Shown: piece by piece, positions 30,900 to 40,271 of the stretch
Layout: each line of letters opens with the position of its first letter
How positions within the stretch are numbered: position 1 is the first letter of the stretch
Source: Parvibaculaceae bacterium
GTDB taxonomy: Bacteria; Pseudomonadota; Alphaproteobacteria; RS24; CBDDDD01
Direction: 5' to 3'
NCBI GenBank assembly: GCA_965226465.1
Contig: OZ245362.1
Coordinates: 571,258-635,257, forward strand
DNA: 64,000 nucleotides
Notes under the pieces: generated by a model
Told to the model about the DNA's origin: nothing
Databases searched by the model: none
Seen by the model: only the letters and a program-made list of their open reading frames with translations
Program-made: the position numbers and the translations under genes

Positions 30900-33079
30900 T
30901 TATCCTCCTCAACCAATACACGCTCAGCCTTGCTAATAAGACTTAGCCCCCGCAATGCCGCCAATAGACGGCTTACATGCTGTAGGTCATGAACTTCAAT
31001 ATCTAATTGCAAATCATAAAAATCTTCATCTCTCTGCCGTAATTCAAGATTGATAATATTTGCTTCATAGTCAGCAATCAATGTAGCGACAACACCAAGG
31101 GCTCCTATTTTATTGGCTATGCAAAGCTGCAAACGTGTAGGAAAAAACATTTCTTTTTGACTTTTTTCCCAGCTAAGAGCAACCCAACGCTCCTGCTGTT
31201 TATCAAACTGACCAAGATGAGGGCTTTGCAGAGGATGTATCTCCATTCCCTGTCCCGGCATTACAATACCGATAATCTGATCTCCAGGCAATGGGAATGC
31301 CCCCTTTGCAAAACATACCCCAATACCAGGCTCCAATCCGGCAATAGGAATGGGTGTGTTTTCTGTTTTCTTTTTTCTCTTTCTGCTCAAAGCCCGCAAA
31401 GCGGAAGATATTTTATTACGCTGCCCCTTTTGAGGATATACTTGGCTAAGCACCTCATTCCCGCTTAAATGACCGCTACCAATGGTTGCATATAACTCTT
31501 CCAGACTTTCTTTTTCAAAAGGCACCAATGCACGCTCTGCAATATTTTCTTCAAAACGCCGACCATTAGCAGAGAACACGCTTCGCAATATTTCCTTGCC
31601 TAGCACTTGATAATCCTTATCTCGTCTTTCCCGTAGTGAACGGCGTATAGCAGCACGTGCCTTACCGGTTACAACCAATTGTTCCCAGCTTGGCATAGGA
31701 TGTTGCGCCTCCGAGCGAATGATTTCCACCTCATCTCCATTTTCAAGCTTTGTCCTAAGCGGCACAGTTCGACCATTTACCCGCACCCCCACACAACTAT
31801 CCCCTATATCCGTATGAACGGCATAGGCAAAATCCAACACCATCGCTCCCATAGGAAGAGCGATAAGCCTGCCCTTTGGCGTGAAACAAAATACCTGATC
31901 ATGAAATAATTCCAGCTTGGTATTTTCAAGAAACTCTTCTGCATTATCGCCCACGGTCATTTGTTCAATAAGCTCCTGTATCCATCGAAATGGTTCTATT
32001 TCCGACAAGGCGGAAGCAGACCAATCTATGGCATCGCTTTTGCTGTTTTCCTTATAATACCAATGGGCAGCAATACCATTTTCTGCAATCTCATGCATTT
32101 TTTTTGAGCGAATTTGCATCTCCACCCTCTGGCTGGAAGGTCCGACTACGGTAGTATGAATAGACTGATAGCCGTTTCGCTTTGGTGTAGAGATATAATC
32201 CTTATATCTGCCTGCAACATGGCGCCATTTTCTATGTATGGCTCCTAGCGCCCGATAACAATCTGCTTCATCATCTACAATAATACGAAAACCAAAAATA
32301 TCGGAAAGCTGTTCAAGGGCAATAGATTTTCTTTCCATTTTACGCCAAATGGAAAAGGGTTTTTTCTGTCGCCCTATTATTTCTGCCTTAATATTATTTT
32401 CTTTCATAAGGGTAGCAATCTCAGAAGTAACCTTATCCGTAAGACTTGCATTATGCTGGCTGAGGCTCGTGAAACGCTCTAAAATCATATTGCGTGCCTC
32501 AGGGTTTAACTCCTGAAAAGCCAAATCCTCCAACTCATCACGAAACCGCTGTATCCCCATCCGTCCAGCAAGGGGAGCGTATATTTCCATTGTTTCTCTT
32601 GCAATGCGCTCGCGTTTTTCAAGGGAAGAAATATGGTTCAGAGTACGCATATTATGCAATCTATCGGCCAGTTTTACCAAAAGCACTCTTATGTCATGTG
32701 CCGTTGCAAGTAGTAATTTACGGAAATTTTCTGCTTGGCGGCTTTCCTCTGAGGCAAGTTCTAAACGGGTAAGCTTTGTTACCCCATTGACAAGGCGGGC
32801 AATTTCCTCTCCGAAAAGCTTAGATATCTCTTCAAAGCTGGCGTCGGTATCCTCTAATGTATCATGCAAAAGCGCAGTAATGATACTGGCACTATCCAGC
32901 TTTAAGCCTATGAGAATATCGGCAACCTGAACGGGATGATAAAAATATGGCTCTCCTGATGCACGCTTTTGCCTAGCATGCATACGCTGGGCATATTCAT
33001 AAGCCCCCTCCAGCAATTTACGATTTAGCTTAGGTTCATAAGAGGCAATATTGTCAGCAAGCTCAGAAGGCGTCAACAT
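30896..33079 (-). CDS. spoT: Bifunctional (p)ppGpp synthetase/hydrolase (RelA/SpoT homolog)
   Basis: It has an HD hydrolase domain (HPVQVA, LLHDTLEDT) and a synthetase domain (YISTPKRNGYQSIHTTV). TGS and C-terminal ACT-like regions follow. Confidence 0.9.
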   Translation of the reverse strand: MLTPSELADNIASYEPKLNRKLLEGAYEYAQRMHARQKRASGEPYFYHPVQVADILIGLKLDSASIITALLHDTLEDTDASFEEISKLFGEEIARLVNGVTKLTRLELASEESRQAENFRKLLLATAHDIRVLLVKLADRLHNMRTLNHISSLEKRERIARETMEIYAPLAGRMGIQRFRDELEDLAFQELNPEARNMILERFTSLSQHNASLTDKVTSEIATLMKENNIKAEIIGRQKKPFSIWRKMERKSIALEQLSDIFGFRIIVDDEADCYRALGAIHRKWRHVAGRYKDYISTPKRNGYQSIHTTVVGPSSQRVEMQIRSKKMHEIAENGIAAHWYYKENSKSDAIDWSASALSEIEPFRWIQELIEQMTVGDNAEEFLENTKLELFHDQVFCFTPKGRLIALPMGAMVLDFAYAVHTDIGDSCVGVRVNGRTVPLRTKLENGDEVEIIRSEAQHPMPSWEQLVVTGKARAAIRRSLRERRDKDYQVLGKEILRSVFSANGRRFEENIAERALVPFEKESLEELYATIGSGHLSGNEVLSQVYPQKGQRNKISSALRALSRKRKKKTENTPIPIAGLEPGIGVCFAKGAFPLPGDQIIGIVMPGQGMEIHPLQSPHLGQFDKQQERWVALSWEKSQKEMFFPTRLQLCIANKIGALGVVATLIADYEANIINLELRQRDEDFYDLQLDIEVHDLQHVSRLLAALRGLSLISKAERVLVEEDK

Positions 33080-33100
33080 AATGAGCCTCCATATGCAATC

Positions 33101-33523
33101 TTACCGACTACCACCATCACGGCCTCCAGATGAAGCCTCCAATGCCTCCATTGCTTTTAAGAGGTCTTCCTCGCTCATTGGTGCCTCTGCCTGCTCTTCA
33201 GCAACAGGTTCCTCCTTGCTGGAGATAGCGGCAACCGGCTCACGGCGGCGTGCCCGATATCCTTCCTCTACCACCTCCTGCTCAGGCTCATCAATATCAA
33301 TATGCTTCTGCATGCTTTCAATCAAGCTTTCACGAAGTGTTTTTCCTTCAATTTTTTTGTCTGCAATTTCACGCAGGGCAACAATAGGATTTTTATCATT
33401 ATCACGCGGTACCAAAAGCTCTGCCCCCGCACGCATAATTCGTGACCGATGCGCAGCATATAAAACCAAATCAAATCGGTTAGAAACCTTATCTACACAA
33501 TCTTCAACCGTAACTCGTGCCAT
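33101..33523 (-). CDS. rpoZ: DNA-directed RNA polymerase subunit omega
   Basis: It begins [28 protein letters not shown], and rpoZ-spoT adjacency is conserved. Confidence 0.9.
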   Translation of the reverse strand: MARVTVEDCVDKVSNRFDLVLYAAHRSRIMRAGAELLVPRDNDKNPIVALREIADKKIEGKTLRESLIESMQKHIDIDEPEQEVVEEGYRARRREPVAAISSKEEPVAEEQAEAPMSEEDLLKAMEALEASSGGRDGGSR

Positions 33524-33604
33524 ATCCTATTCTCCTTATATGCCCCAAATATACCAGGACTTTATGGGCTTTTCTATAGTCTTACGAAAGAAAGCGCAAG
33601 AAAA

Positions 33605-34105
33605 TTATTCCTGCAGCCGAACACAATCCAAGCAAGATTGCTTGGGAAGGCTTGCTATCAGGCTATCAATAGAAGCTCCGCTTTGCGGATGTACCCATTG
33701 GGGGGCAACTTCCTGCAAAGGAAACAACACAAATGCCCGCTCACTAATTCTTGGATGAGGAAGGGTCGGGTTTTTCTTGGAAATATGCCCCTTATAATCC
33801 AATAAATCCATGTCCAATATACGCGGTCCCCAACGCATTTCCTTATTCCGGTCCCGTCCAAACTCTGCCTCTATATGATGAAGCAGTTGCAATAATTGCG
33901 GGGCATGTAAAGGCGTATCTATCCTTGCTACACTATTATAATAATCCGCTTGCTCAATTTCACTTACCGGCACACTACGGTAAATTGCAGAGCATGCTTT
34001 TACCTCTATGCCATTCTCACCAAGTGCCTTCAAAGCTGCAGGCAAAGTGTATTGAGGACTTTTGTGATTGAGAGGCAGATTTGCCCCAACTCCGATATAA
34101 ATCAT
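33605..34105 (-). CDS. folK: 2-amino-4-hydroxy-6-hydroxymethyldihydropteridine diphosphokinase
   Basis: IYIGVGANL, RWGPRILDMDLL, HPRISERAFVL and PL are characteristic. Confidence 0.85.
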   Translation of the reverse strand: MIYIGVGANLPLNHKSPQYTLPAALKALGENGIEVKACSAIYRSVPVSEIEQADYYNSVARIDTPLHAPQLLQLLHHIEAEFGRDRNKEMRWGPRILDMDLLDYKGHISKKNPTLPHPRISERAFVLFPLQEVAPQWVHPQSGASIDSLIASLPKQSCLDCVRLQE

Positions 34106-34162
34106 ATAGCCCCTTAGCCTTTCCTGTTATATGCTGAGATAAATTATAGAGAGTTTTTTCTT

Positions 34163-34798
34163 ATGTCATCAAGTGAAGCTGCCAAAGATTGCCCATTATG
34201 CCCCCGCCTTGTGGCATTTCGGCAAGAAAACAGGCAGAAATACCCAGACTGGTTTAACGGTGCTGTCCCCTCCTTTGGCAATAATAAAGCAAAACTGCTT
34301 ATTGTAGGGCTTGCGCCTGGCTTACAGGGGGCAAACCGTACAGGGCGACCCTTCACAGGTGATTATGCCGGCGATTTACTTTACAAAGCCCTTGATAAGT
34401 TTGGCTTTTCAGAAGGCAGTTATGCCCGACACAAGGAAGATGGATTACGCTTGAGCGATGCAATAATTAGCAATGCCCTACGCTGTGTACCCCCTGCCAA
34501 TAAGCCTTTAGGGTTAGAAATTAGGACTTGTCGGCAGTTTTTACAGGCACAGATAGAATCATTGGAAAACTTGCAGGCAATTTTAGCCTTAGGGCGTATT
34601 GCCCATGAAAGCATATTGTCTTGCTATGAGGCAAAACGAAAAGACAACCTGTTTGCTCATGGTGGAAAATATAAGCTAGGGAGTATAAATCTCTTTAGCA
34701 GTTATCATTGTTCCCGTTATAATACCAATACAGGAAGATTAACCGAAGAAATGTTTTTTAATGTTTTCAAGGATATAAAAGAATTTCTTAAATTATAA
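34163..34798 (+). CDS. Uracil-DNA glycosylase superfamily protein (Fe-S type, family 4/5-like)
   Basis: It has the N-terminal CPLCPRL, then GLAPGLQGANRTGRPFTGDYAGDLLY, and a C-terminal HCSRYN. Confidence 0.78.
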   Translation: MSSSEAAKDCPLCPRLVAFRQENRQKYPDWFNGAVPSFGNNKAKLLIVGLAPGLQGANRTGRPFTGDYAGDLLYKALDKFGFSEGSYARHKEDGLRLSDAIISNALRCVPPANKPLGLEIRTCRQFLQAQIESLENLQAILALGRIAHESILSCYEAKRKDNLFAHGGKYKLGSINLFSSYHCSRYNTNTGRLTEEMFFNVFKDIKEFLKL

Positions 34799-34800
34799 CA

Positions 34801-35289
34801 TTATTTTTTATTTTTTAATAATCGTGCCTTATCCCTTGCCCAATCTCGTGCCTTTTCTACCTGTCTTTTATCAACCAGCTTCCTTCCCTTTCCCAATCCC
34901 AACAGCACTTTTGCACGACCTGCCTTGTTAAAATATATTTTTAGAGCAAGAAGCGTCTTTCCTCCCCTTTGGACAGCGGCGGCAAGCTTATTTATCTCGC
35001 TCCGATGAAGTAGAAGCTTGCGTTTTTGCTGTGGGCGATGATTGCGGCTATGAGCTCCATCATAGGCAGAAATATTGGCATTAATGAGATATAACTCTCC
35101 TCCCTCTTCGCGGGCATAGCTATCATTAAGGCTTGCTTTTCCTTCTCTCAGGCTTTTGACCTCACTACCGTGCAATACAAGCCCTGCTTCAATGGTTTGT
35201 TCTACCTCTATCTCACGGCGTGCCTTCCGATTTTCAGCAACCAGTCTATCACCCTGCCTCTTTTTTCTCCCTCCATGGCGCGAAGACAT
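34801..35289 (-). CDS. smpB: SsrA-binding protein SmpB
   Basis: VAENRKARREIEVEQTIEAGLVLHGSEVKSLR is present, with a basic C-terminal tail. Confidence 0.9.
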   Translation of the reverse strand: MSSRHGGRKKRQGDRLVAENRKARREIEVEQTIEAGLVLHGSEVKSLREGKASLNDSYAREEGGELYLINANISAYDGAHSRNHRPQQKRKLLLHRSEINKLAAAVQRGGKTLLALKIYFNKAGRAKVLLGLGKGRKLVDKRQVEKARDWARDKARLLKNKK

Positions 35290-35293
35290 AGAA

Positions 35294-36175
35294 CTACGCC
35301 TCTATTGCGCCGAGGTCCTTTAATACCTGGGCTAATATTTTGCGGGTTTTGCTCTCTACAGGCACAAGAGGCAAACGCAATATGCCTTTACAAAGCCCCA
35401 TCATCTCTGCTGCCGCTTTAAGTGGAGCGGGGCTTGTTTCTAAAAATAGAGCCTGATGCAGGGGTTGCAGCAATTTGTCTATAATCTCAGCCTCCATCAT
35501 ATCCCCTTCAAGACAAGCTTGCTGAAAGCGAGCACATTTTGCAGGCATGAGATTAGCGGAAACGGAAATACAACCCTTACCGCCTGCCTTATTAAAGGCA
35601 AGCGCCGTACCATCTTCGGCAGAAAGCTGGAGAAAGTTGCTTCCACAATGATCGGCTTGCTCTTTTATGCGCCCCATATCGGAAGTTGCATCCTTCACAC
35701 CAATAATATTTTCTATTTTTGCCAGCTTTCCCATTGTTTCAGGAGTAATATCTATCACGCTCCGTCCAGGAATATTATACAATATGATAGGCATATCAGA
35801 TACGGCATGAGCAATTTCAGTGAAATGCGCAATTATTCCTGCCTGTGTGGGCTTGTTATAATAGGGGCTGACGCTAAGCACGGCATCGGCACCTGCTTTT
35901 TTAGCATGTTGGGTAAAGTGAATGGCTTCTGTGGTGCTGTTGGAACCCGCTCCGGCAATAACAGGCACTCGTCCCTGTGCTGCCTCCACGCATATTTCAA
36001 CGACACGCATATGCTCCTTATGCGAAAGCGTTGGGCTCTCCCCTGTCGTACCACAAGGCACAATCCCATCGGTACCCTGCTCAACATGCCAATCAACAAG
36101 TTTCGCAAGGATAGACTCGTCTACTCCCTTATCCGTAAAGGGGGTCATTAATGCTACGATAGATCCTTTAATCAT
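35294..36175 (-). CDS. dapA: 4-hydroxy-tetrahydrodipicolinate synthase
   Basis: GSIVALMTPF, GTTGESPTLS and YNKP are present. The ATG at 36175 (MIKGS) is preferred over the track start at 36223. Confidence 0.9.
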   Translation of the reverse strand: MIKGSIVALMTPFTDKGVDESILAKLVDWHVEQGTDGIVPCGTTGESPTLSHKEHMRVVEICVEAAQGRVPVIAGAGSNSTTEAIHFTQHAKKAGADAVLSVSPYYNKPTQAGIIAHFTEIAHAVSDMPIILYNIPGRSVIDITPETMGKLAKIENIIGVKDATSDMGRIKEQADHCGSNFLQLSAEDGTALAFNKAGGKGCISVSANLMPAKCARFQQACLEGDMMEAEIIDKLLQPLHQALFLETSPAPLKAAAEMMGLCKGILRLPLVPVESKTRKILAQVLKDLGAIEA

Positions 36176-36325
36176 GCTCTTCTTCCTATTCAGCAAGATA
36201 CGCCCTTTATCCAGCCAATGCAATCCATTGCTAATATCTTGACTTCACATGACTAAAAGCTCTCTGCACTTCTTACGTGTCAAAGTTATCAAAAACTATA
36301 TCGTTTCTATTAAAATATTTTTCCC

Positions 36326-36889
36326 TTATTCTGCATTCTCAAGATAATAGAATATTCCGCTTTCTCCATCGGAACGCAAAGCAAGGGTTCCTTTTAAAGT
36401 AATCGGGTCATATGAAAATTTTATAGGTTTTTTAGCGAATATCTCAATCAACTGAACAGGCCCTACATAATAGTGAAATGGGCAGCTTAACGGATATGGA
36501 CCAATGAGAAAGTTTTTTTGTTTTTCTGATTGCTCTAAAGGAAACATATACCCCATTAAGGTAACCTCTTTTCCATCTAAGTTTTTAACATCATCACTAT
36601 ATTCAGCTGTGATAATACAGTGGTCAAAACCTTCTTCATTTTTTTTGCAATCCTCTGTTACCATTGTTTTAGAAAACACATCCCAAGGAATAGCATCACC
36701 TTTTACCTCAATTGGTTCCCAATAGTTCCTAGAAGCCTTACTATGAGCTTGTGACATCTCCTCAAAAGTGAAAGCATCTGCTCTCTCTAAAAAAAGGAAT
36801 GGAAGCAAAAATAAGAACCATAAGAAAAATTTATTCTGATATTTTTTCTGCATTGTTAAGGCTGTAAACCATCCCTGTTTCTTTTTCAT
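36326..36889 (-). CDS. DUF3299-type exported protein, last gene of the znuA-ABC operon
   Basis: It has an N-terminal signal/anchor. The C-terminal part reads VTLMGYMFPLEQSEKQKNFLIGPYPLSCPFHYYVGPVQLIEIF, which I recognise as the DUF3299 pattern usually found beside FtsX-type ABC transporters. Confidence 0.5.
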   Translation of the reverse strand: MKKKQGWFTALTMQKKYQNKFFLWFLFLLPFLFLERADAFTFEEMSQAHSKASRNYWEPIEVKGDAIPWDVFSKTMVTEDCKKNEEGFDHCIITAEYSDDVKNLDGKEVTLMGYMFPLEQSEKQKNFLIGPYPLSCPFHYYVGPVQLIEIFAKKPIKFSYDPITLKGTLALRSDGESGIFYYLENAE

Positions 36890-36927
36890 CTCTGGTAAGT
36901 AATAACATTTTTATGCCCACCTCAAGC

Positions 36928-38112
36928 TTAAACATGTGTCAGCGTATTCCATATATCAGTTTTATATGCCTCCCATGCGGGTATCAGGCAAGCCAGCAAT
37001 GAAAGCAGCAGGACTATGCCCCATACTATCCAAACCGCTGGAAGAAAAAATAATCCTTCCAATCCCATTTCCATCCCTTTTTCAGTGAACATCCCAATAG
37101 CTTCCATAAGACCGTGCCCAAGCAACAAGCCAGCAATGCTACCAATAAGAACAATGGTCATGCCTTCCATAATGACAAGAAGCAGAATTTTCTTTCTGGA
37201 TGCTCCCAGCGTACGGAAAATAGCAAGATCATAGCGGCGGGAGCGAATATTGTTCAGTAGCCCAATAAAAACTCCGGCCAGCGATACAGCAATTAGAAAT
37301 CCACTAAACATCATCATGCTATCAGTTCCTATGCCAACCAGGTCAACTAGTCGCGCCATTTCAAAGGCTGGACTTGCCGCCTGCATGGATGTCTGCTGAT
37401 TAATCTGGCGCGGGAAAGAAAATGCTGCTGCCCGATTTCGATAACTCACCAGCAAAGCCGTGACTTCACGCTTGGAACTATCCTCGCTATGCTTTTCTTC
37501 TGCATGTAGCCTCCACACGCTATCCAATGAGGTGACGATGAGGCGGTCCAATACCGTGCCTGTGGGCTTCAACACACCAACTACCCGATAGGGATTATCA
37601 CCATGGCCATGCCCTCCTGAAACCAGACCATGCACGCCTACAAAACTATTACCGACCTTAATACCGGTTTGCTGAGCGACTTTAGCCCCAACCACCGCCT
37701 GCATGCTTTTATTCCAGATATTGCCATCTGCAAATTCAGCTTTGAAATGTTTCAAATAGGAAGGCTCGGTGCCGACAATTCGAAACCGTTGATAATTATC
37801 ACCCAAAGAAATAGGAATAGCCTGTCGGATATATCGGTGGTTTTTGATACGCTCAGCTTCTGAAAGCAGGATATTACCAGTTGGAATATCCATATGCTGA
37901 ATGCTGGAAAGAATCAGTTGTAATGGGCTACCTTTTGCCCCAACCACCAAATCAATTCCGGCACCATCACGATATAACCGCTCCTTCGCCTGATGGCTGA
38001 AGAGTAAAAGCACAGTTATCATCATGACGCCTAGCAACATTAATATGATATGCAATAAGCTGTTTGACCATTTGGAACGTAAATATGCCAGTGCAAGGGA
38101 AAAGAGGTTCAT
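36928..38112 (-). CDS. ABC transporter permease, FtsX/MacB-LolE type
   Basis: 394 aa with an N-terminal TM helix, a roughly 230-aa periplasmic domain and three C-terminal TM helices (the FtsX topology). The start overlaps the ATPase stop (ATGA). Confidence 0.8.
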   Translation of the reverse strand: MNLFSLALAYLRSKWSNSLLHIILMLLGVMMITVLLLFSHQAKERLYRDGAGIDLVVGAKGSPLQLILSSIQHMDIPTGNILLSEAERIKNHRYIRQAIPISLGDNYQRFRIVGTEPSYLKHFKAEFADGNIWNKSMQAVVGAKVAQQTGIKVGNSFVGVHGLVSGGHGHGDNPYRVVGVLKPTGTVLDRLIVTSLDSVWRLHAEEKHSEDSSKREVTALLVSYRNRAAAFSFPRQINQQTSMQAASPAFEMARLVDLVGIGTDSMMMFSGFLIAVSLAGVFIGLLNNIRSRRYDLAIFRTLGASRKKILLLVIMEGMTIVLIGSIAGLLLGHGLMEAIGMFTEKGMEMGLEGLFFLPAVWIVWGIVLLLSLLACLIPAWEAYKTDIWNTLTHV

Positions 38113-38753
38113 GGTGTACCTCCCAGCATCAATATATGCTGCTTATCAAAAAATGAAGTAACCCGTTTATCATGGGTGACTACCACTAAAGACGCTTTGC
38201 AACGGCTAGCTTCTTCCTCCAGCAAGTTCAGCATAGCCTTAGCATTGTCATCATCCAGTGCGGAGGTAGGCTCGTCACATAAAATCCATTTTGGGTTGCC
38301 TATCACAGCGCGTGCTACAGCAAGGCGCTGCGCTTCTCCCACGCTTAACTGTGCTACATTCTGGTGTGACTTGTCCGCAAGCCCCAACCGGTTCAGTACA
38401 TTATAGATACGGGATTCATCAACAGGCTTTCCCGGCAAGCTTTGCGCCAATAGAAGGTTCTGCCTAACCGTTAAAATTTTGACCAGATGAAAGGTCTGGA
38501 AGAGAATACCCAATTGCTCACCACGAAAATAATCGCGTTCAGTTTCACTGAGACTATACAGCACCTTATCATCATAGCATATTGTGCCTATATCTGGCTT
38601 TTTCAGACCGGCCAATATAGAAAGCAATGTTGTTTTCCCACAACCCGAGGCACCAAGTACTAGCAGATGTTGTTTGGGCTTAAGTGTGAAGTCAATATTA
38701 TCTAGAACACAGCTTCCTTCAATTGTGATAGATATCTTTTTGCATTGTAACAT
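38109..38753 (-). CDS. ABC transporter ATP-binding protein (MacB/LolD-like)
   Basis: Walker A GASGCGKTT, signature LSVGEAQR and Walker B ILCDEPTSALD are present. Confidence 0.85.
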   Translation of the reverse strand: MLQCKKISITIEGSCVLDNIDFTLKPKQHLLVLGASGCGKTTLLSILAGLKKPDIGTICYDDKVLYSLSETERDYFRGEQLGILFQTFHLVKILTVRQNLLLAQSLPGKPVDESRIYNVLNRLGLADKSHQNVAQLSVGEAQRLAVARAVIGNPKWILCDEPTSALDDDNAKAMLNLLEEEASRCKASLVVVTHDKRVTSFFDKQHILMLGGTP

Positions 38754-38757
38754 TTCA

Positions 38758-39723
38758 CTATTCTAAGCATTTTTTAAGATTTTTTGCCAGGTTACGGAGC
38801 AAGTTTATATATAATTCAGGGCCATTTTCTAACCCTACTCCTAACGGGTCAAGTATACCGCTCTTGGCATTGCTTCCTTCTATAACCGTATTCACGAGGC
38901 GGTCAGAAAACTGAGGCTCTCTAAAAACACATTGAGCACCTGTTTGCTGCAATTTGGCACGCATTTCCCTTATGCGGTTTGGTGAAGGGGATTCATCCGG
39001 CTCAAAAGTGATGGAGCCAACACCATTGAGGGCGTAAGCGCGCTCAAAATATTGATAGGCATCATGAAATACGATAAAGGGCTTATCCTGCAGGCTGGCA
39101 AGTGATGTTTTTAACTCTCTATCCAGCATATTTATTTTCTTAATATATTTCCGTGCATTTGCTTTGTAAGTGTTACGGTTTTCGGGATAGATAGCACTTA
39201 GCTCTTTGGTGATGGATTTAATAATCCTGCGTGCATTTTTCAGGTCAAGCCAAACATGCATATCATGATGTCCATGGTCATGATGTTTTTCCTCATGAGC
39301 ATGGCTATCATGACCATCCCCCTCTTCCATCTTATCTTCATGTACCTCATGTTCGTCCCATGTTTTACCTTCCCGATGGGCAAGCACAGTCAATCCTGCC
39401 TTTTGTGCTACTGCAAATTTTCTTATATGCTTTGGCAGATTTTCAAACACACTATGCAGAAATGTTTCAAAACTATCATCAATGTAGAAAATCACATTTG
39501 CTTTCTGCATTGCTCTTACCTGTGAGGGCTTTAATTGGAAATCATGCGGAGAAGTATTGCCTCTCAACAATAATTTTGCTTCTCCCGTATCACCAATAAC
39601 TGCACTAACCAGTGAATGTAACGGTTTGATAGTAACAACAACACCCTTGGTTTCTTTAGCCGATACATGAGCGGATAAGAATAAGGACAATATAAATATG
39701 GATATAATAATTCTTATTTTCAT
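38758..39723 (-). CDS. znuA: Zinc ABC transporter periplasmic binding protein ZnuA (cluster A-I) with a His-rich loop
   Basis: It has a signal peptide, a TroA-like fold (VVVTIKPLHSLV, PHDFQLKP) and a long acidic/His loop HEVHEDKMEEGDGHDSHAHEEKHHDHGHHDMH. It is divergent from zur-znuCB. Confidence 0.85.
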   Translation of the reverse strand: MKIRIIISIFILSLFLSAHVSAKETKGVVVTIKPLHSLVSAVIGDTGEAKLLLRGNTSPHDFQLKPSQVRAMQKANVIFYIDDSFETFLHSVFENLPKHIRKFAVAQKAGLTVLAHREGKTWDEHEVHEDKMEEGDGHDSHAHEEKHHDHGHHDMHVWLDLKNARRIIKSITKELSAIYPENRNTYKANARKYIKKINMLDRELKTSLASLQDKPFIVFHDAYQYFERAYALNGVGSITFEPDESPSPNRIREMRAKLQQTGAQCVFREPQFSDRLVNTVIEGSNAKSGILDPLGVGLENGPELYINLLRNLAKNLKKCLE

Positions 39724-39757
39724 GCTTGCTCTTTTTTATGCTTGTGGAATGTATATT

Positions 39758-39774
39758 ATGTTATAGTATAACAT
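39758..39774. promoter_or_regulatory. Zur box (perfect 8-N-8 palindrome ATGTTATA-G-TATAACAT) in the znuA / zur-znuCB divergent promoter region
   Basis: Read directly from the sequence as ATGTTATAGTATAACAT. It lies between the znuA start (39723) and the zur start (39804). It matches the ATGTTATA-N-TATAACAT core reported for proteobacterial Zur operators. Confidence 0.75.
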
Positions 39775-39803
39775 TTATTAGTCAATCTATTTATGAGGCA
39801 ATC

Positions 39804-40268
39804 ATGCATCTATGTATTAACCATAACTCCTGCATTGACGAAGCAGTGCATAAAGCAGAAATGATCTGTCAGGATAAAGGCTTGCGTTTTACGGAATTGC
39901 GCCAGAAAATATTGAAAATGATTTGGGAAAATCACAGACCCGCAAAAGCCTATGATATCCTTGATAAGTTAAAAAAAGGCAGATATTCAGCAAAGCCCCC
40001 TACCGTCTATCGCACACTGGATTTTCTCCTGGAGCACGGATTGGTACATAAGTTAGCCAGCCTTAATGCTTATATAGGGTGCTCCCATCCTTTAAAACAT
40101 AATGAATGTTATTTTCTGATTTGTAGGAAATGCGGTGAGATTAGCGAATGTTGCAATAGTAAACTGGCAGAGGCTATTATTGGTATAACCAATAGAAATA
40201 AATTTCGTTCCAAACACATCACCCTGGAAATTGAAGGGGAATGTCAGGGATGCATTAAAAAGAAATAG
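39804..40268 (+). CDS. zur: Zinc uptake regulator (Fur family)
   Basis: It has a Fur-family winged helix (RFTELRQKILKMIWENHRPAKAYDILDKL, TVYRTLDFLLEHGLVHK) and two Cys pairs (CRKCGEISEC, CQGC). The ATG at 39804 is preferred because the track start at 39726 would place the Zur box inside the ORF. Confidence 0.8.
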   Translation: MHLCINHNSCIDEAVHKAEMICQDKGLRFTELRQKILKMIWENHRPAKAYDILDKLKKGRYSAKPPTVYRTLDFLLEHGLVHKLASLNAYIGCSHPLKHNECYFLICRKCGEISECCNSKLAEAIIGITNRNKFRSKHITLEIEGECQGCIKKK

Positions 40269-40271
40269 ACC

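Noticed and set aside
33051-33758. There are long ORFs antisense to well-supported genes. Examples are 33051..33758 (235 aa, opposite rpoZ/folK), 46005..46811 (268 aa, opposite the sulfatase) and 18914..19594 (226 aa, opposite dctM). Others are 35456..36151 (231 aa, opposite dapA), 26777..27436 (219 aa, opposite era), 10901..11389, 8624..9070 and 57526..58026.
   Set aside because: Each lies entirely within a gene on the other strand whose product has clear family motifs. Their translations are low-complexity (Ser/Arg/Pro/Leu/Cys-rich) with no recognisable domain. I treat them as shadow ORFs.
34799-35293. I looked for a tmRNA (ssrA) gene next to smpB.
   Set aside because: smpB is flanked by 2-nt and 4-nt gaps, so there is no non-coding space. 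ssrA must be elsewhere.
36899-36913. GTAATAACATTTTTA between the FtsX permease and the DUF3299 gene resembles the right half of the Zur box.
   Set aside because: Only a half-site is present (ATAACATT) and no complementary left arm exists. It is likely chance in AT-rich sequence.
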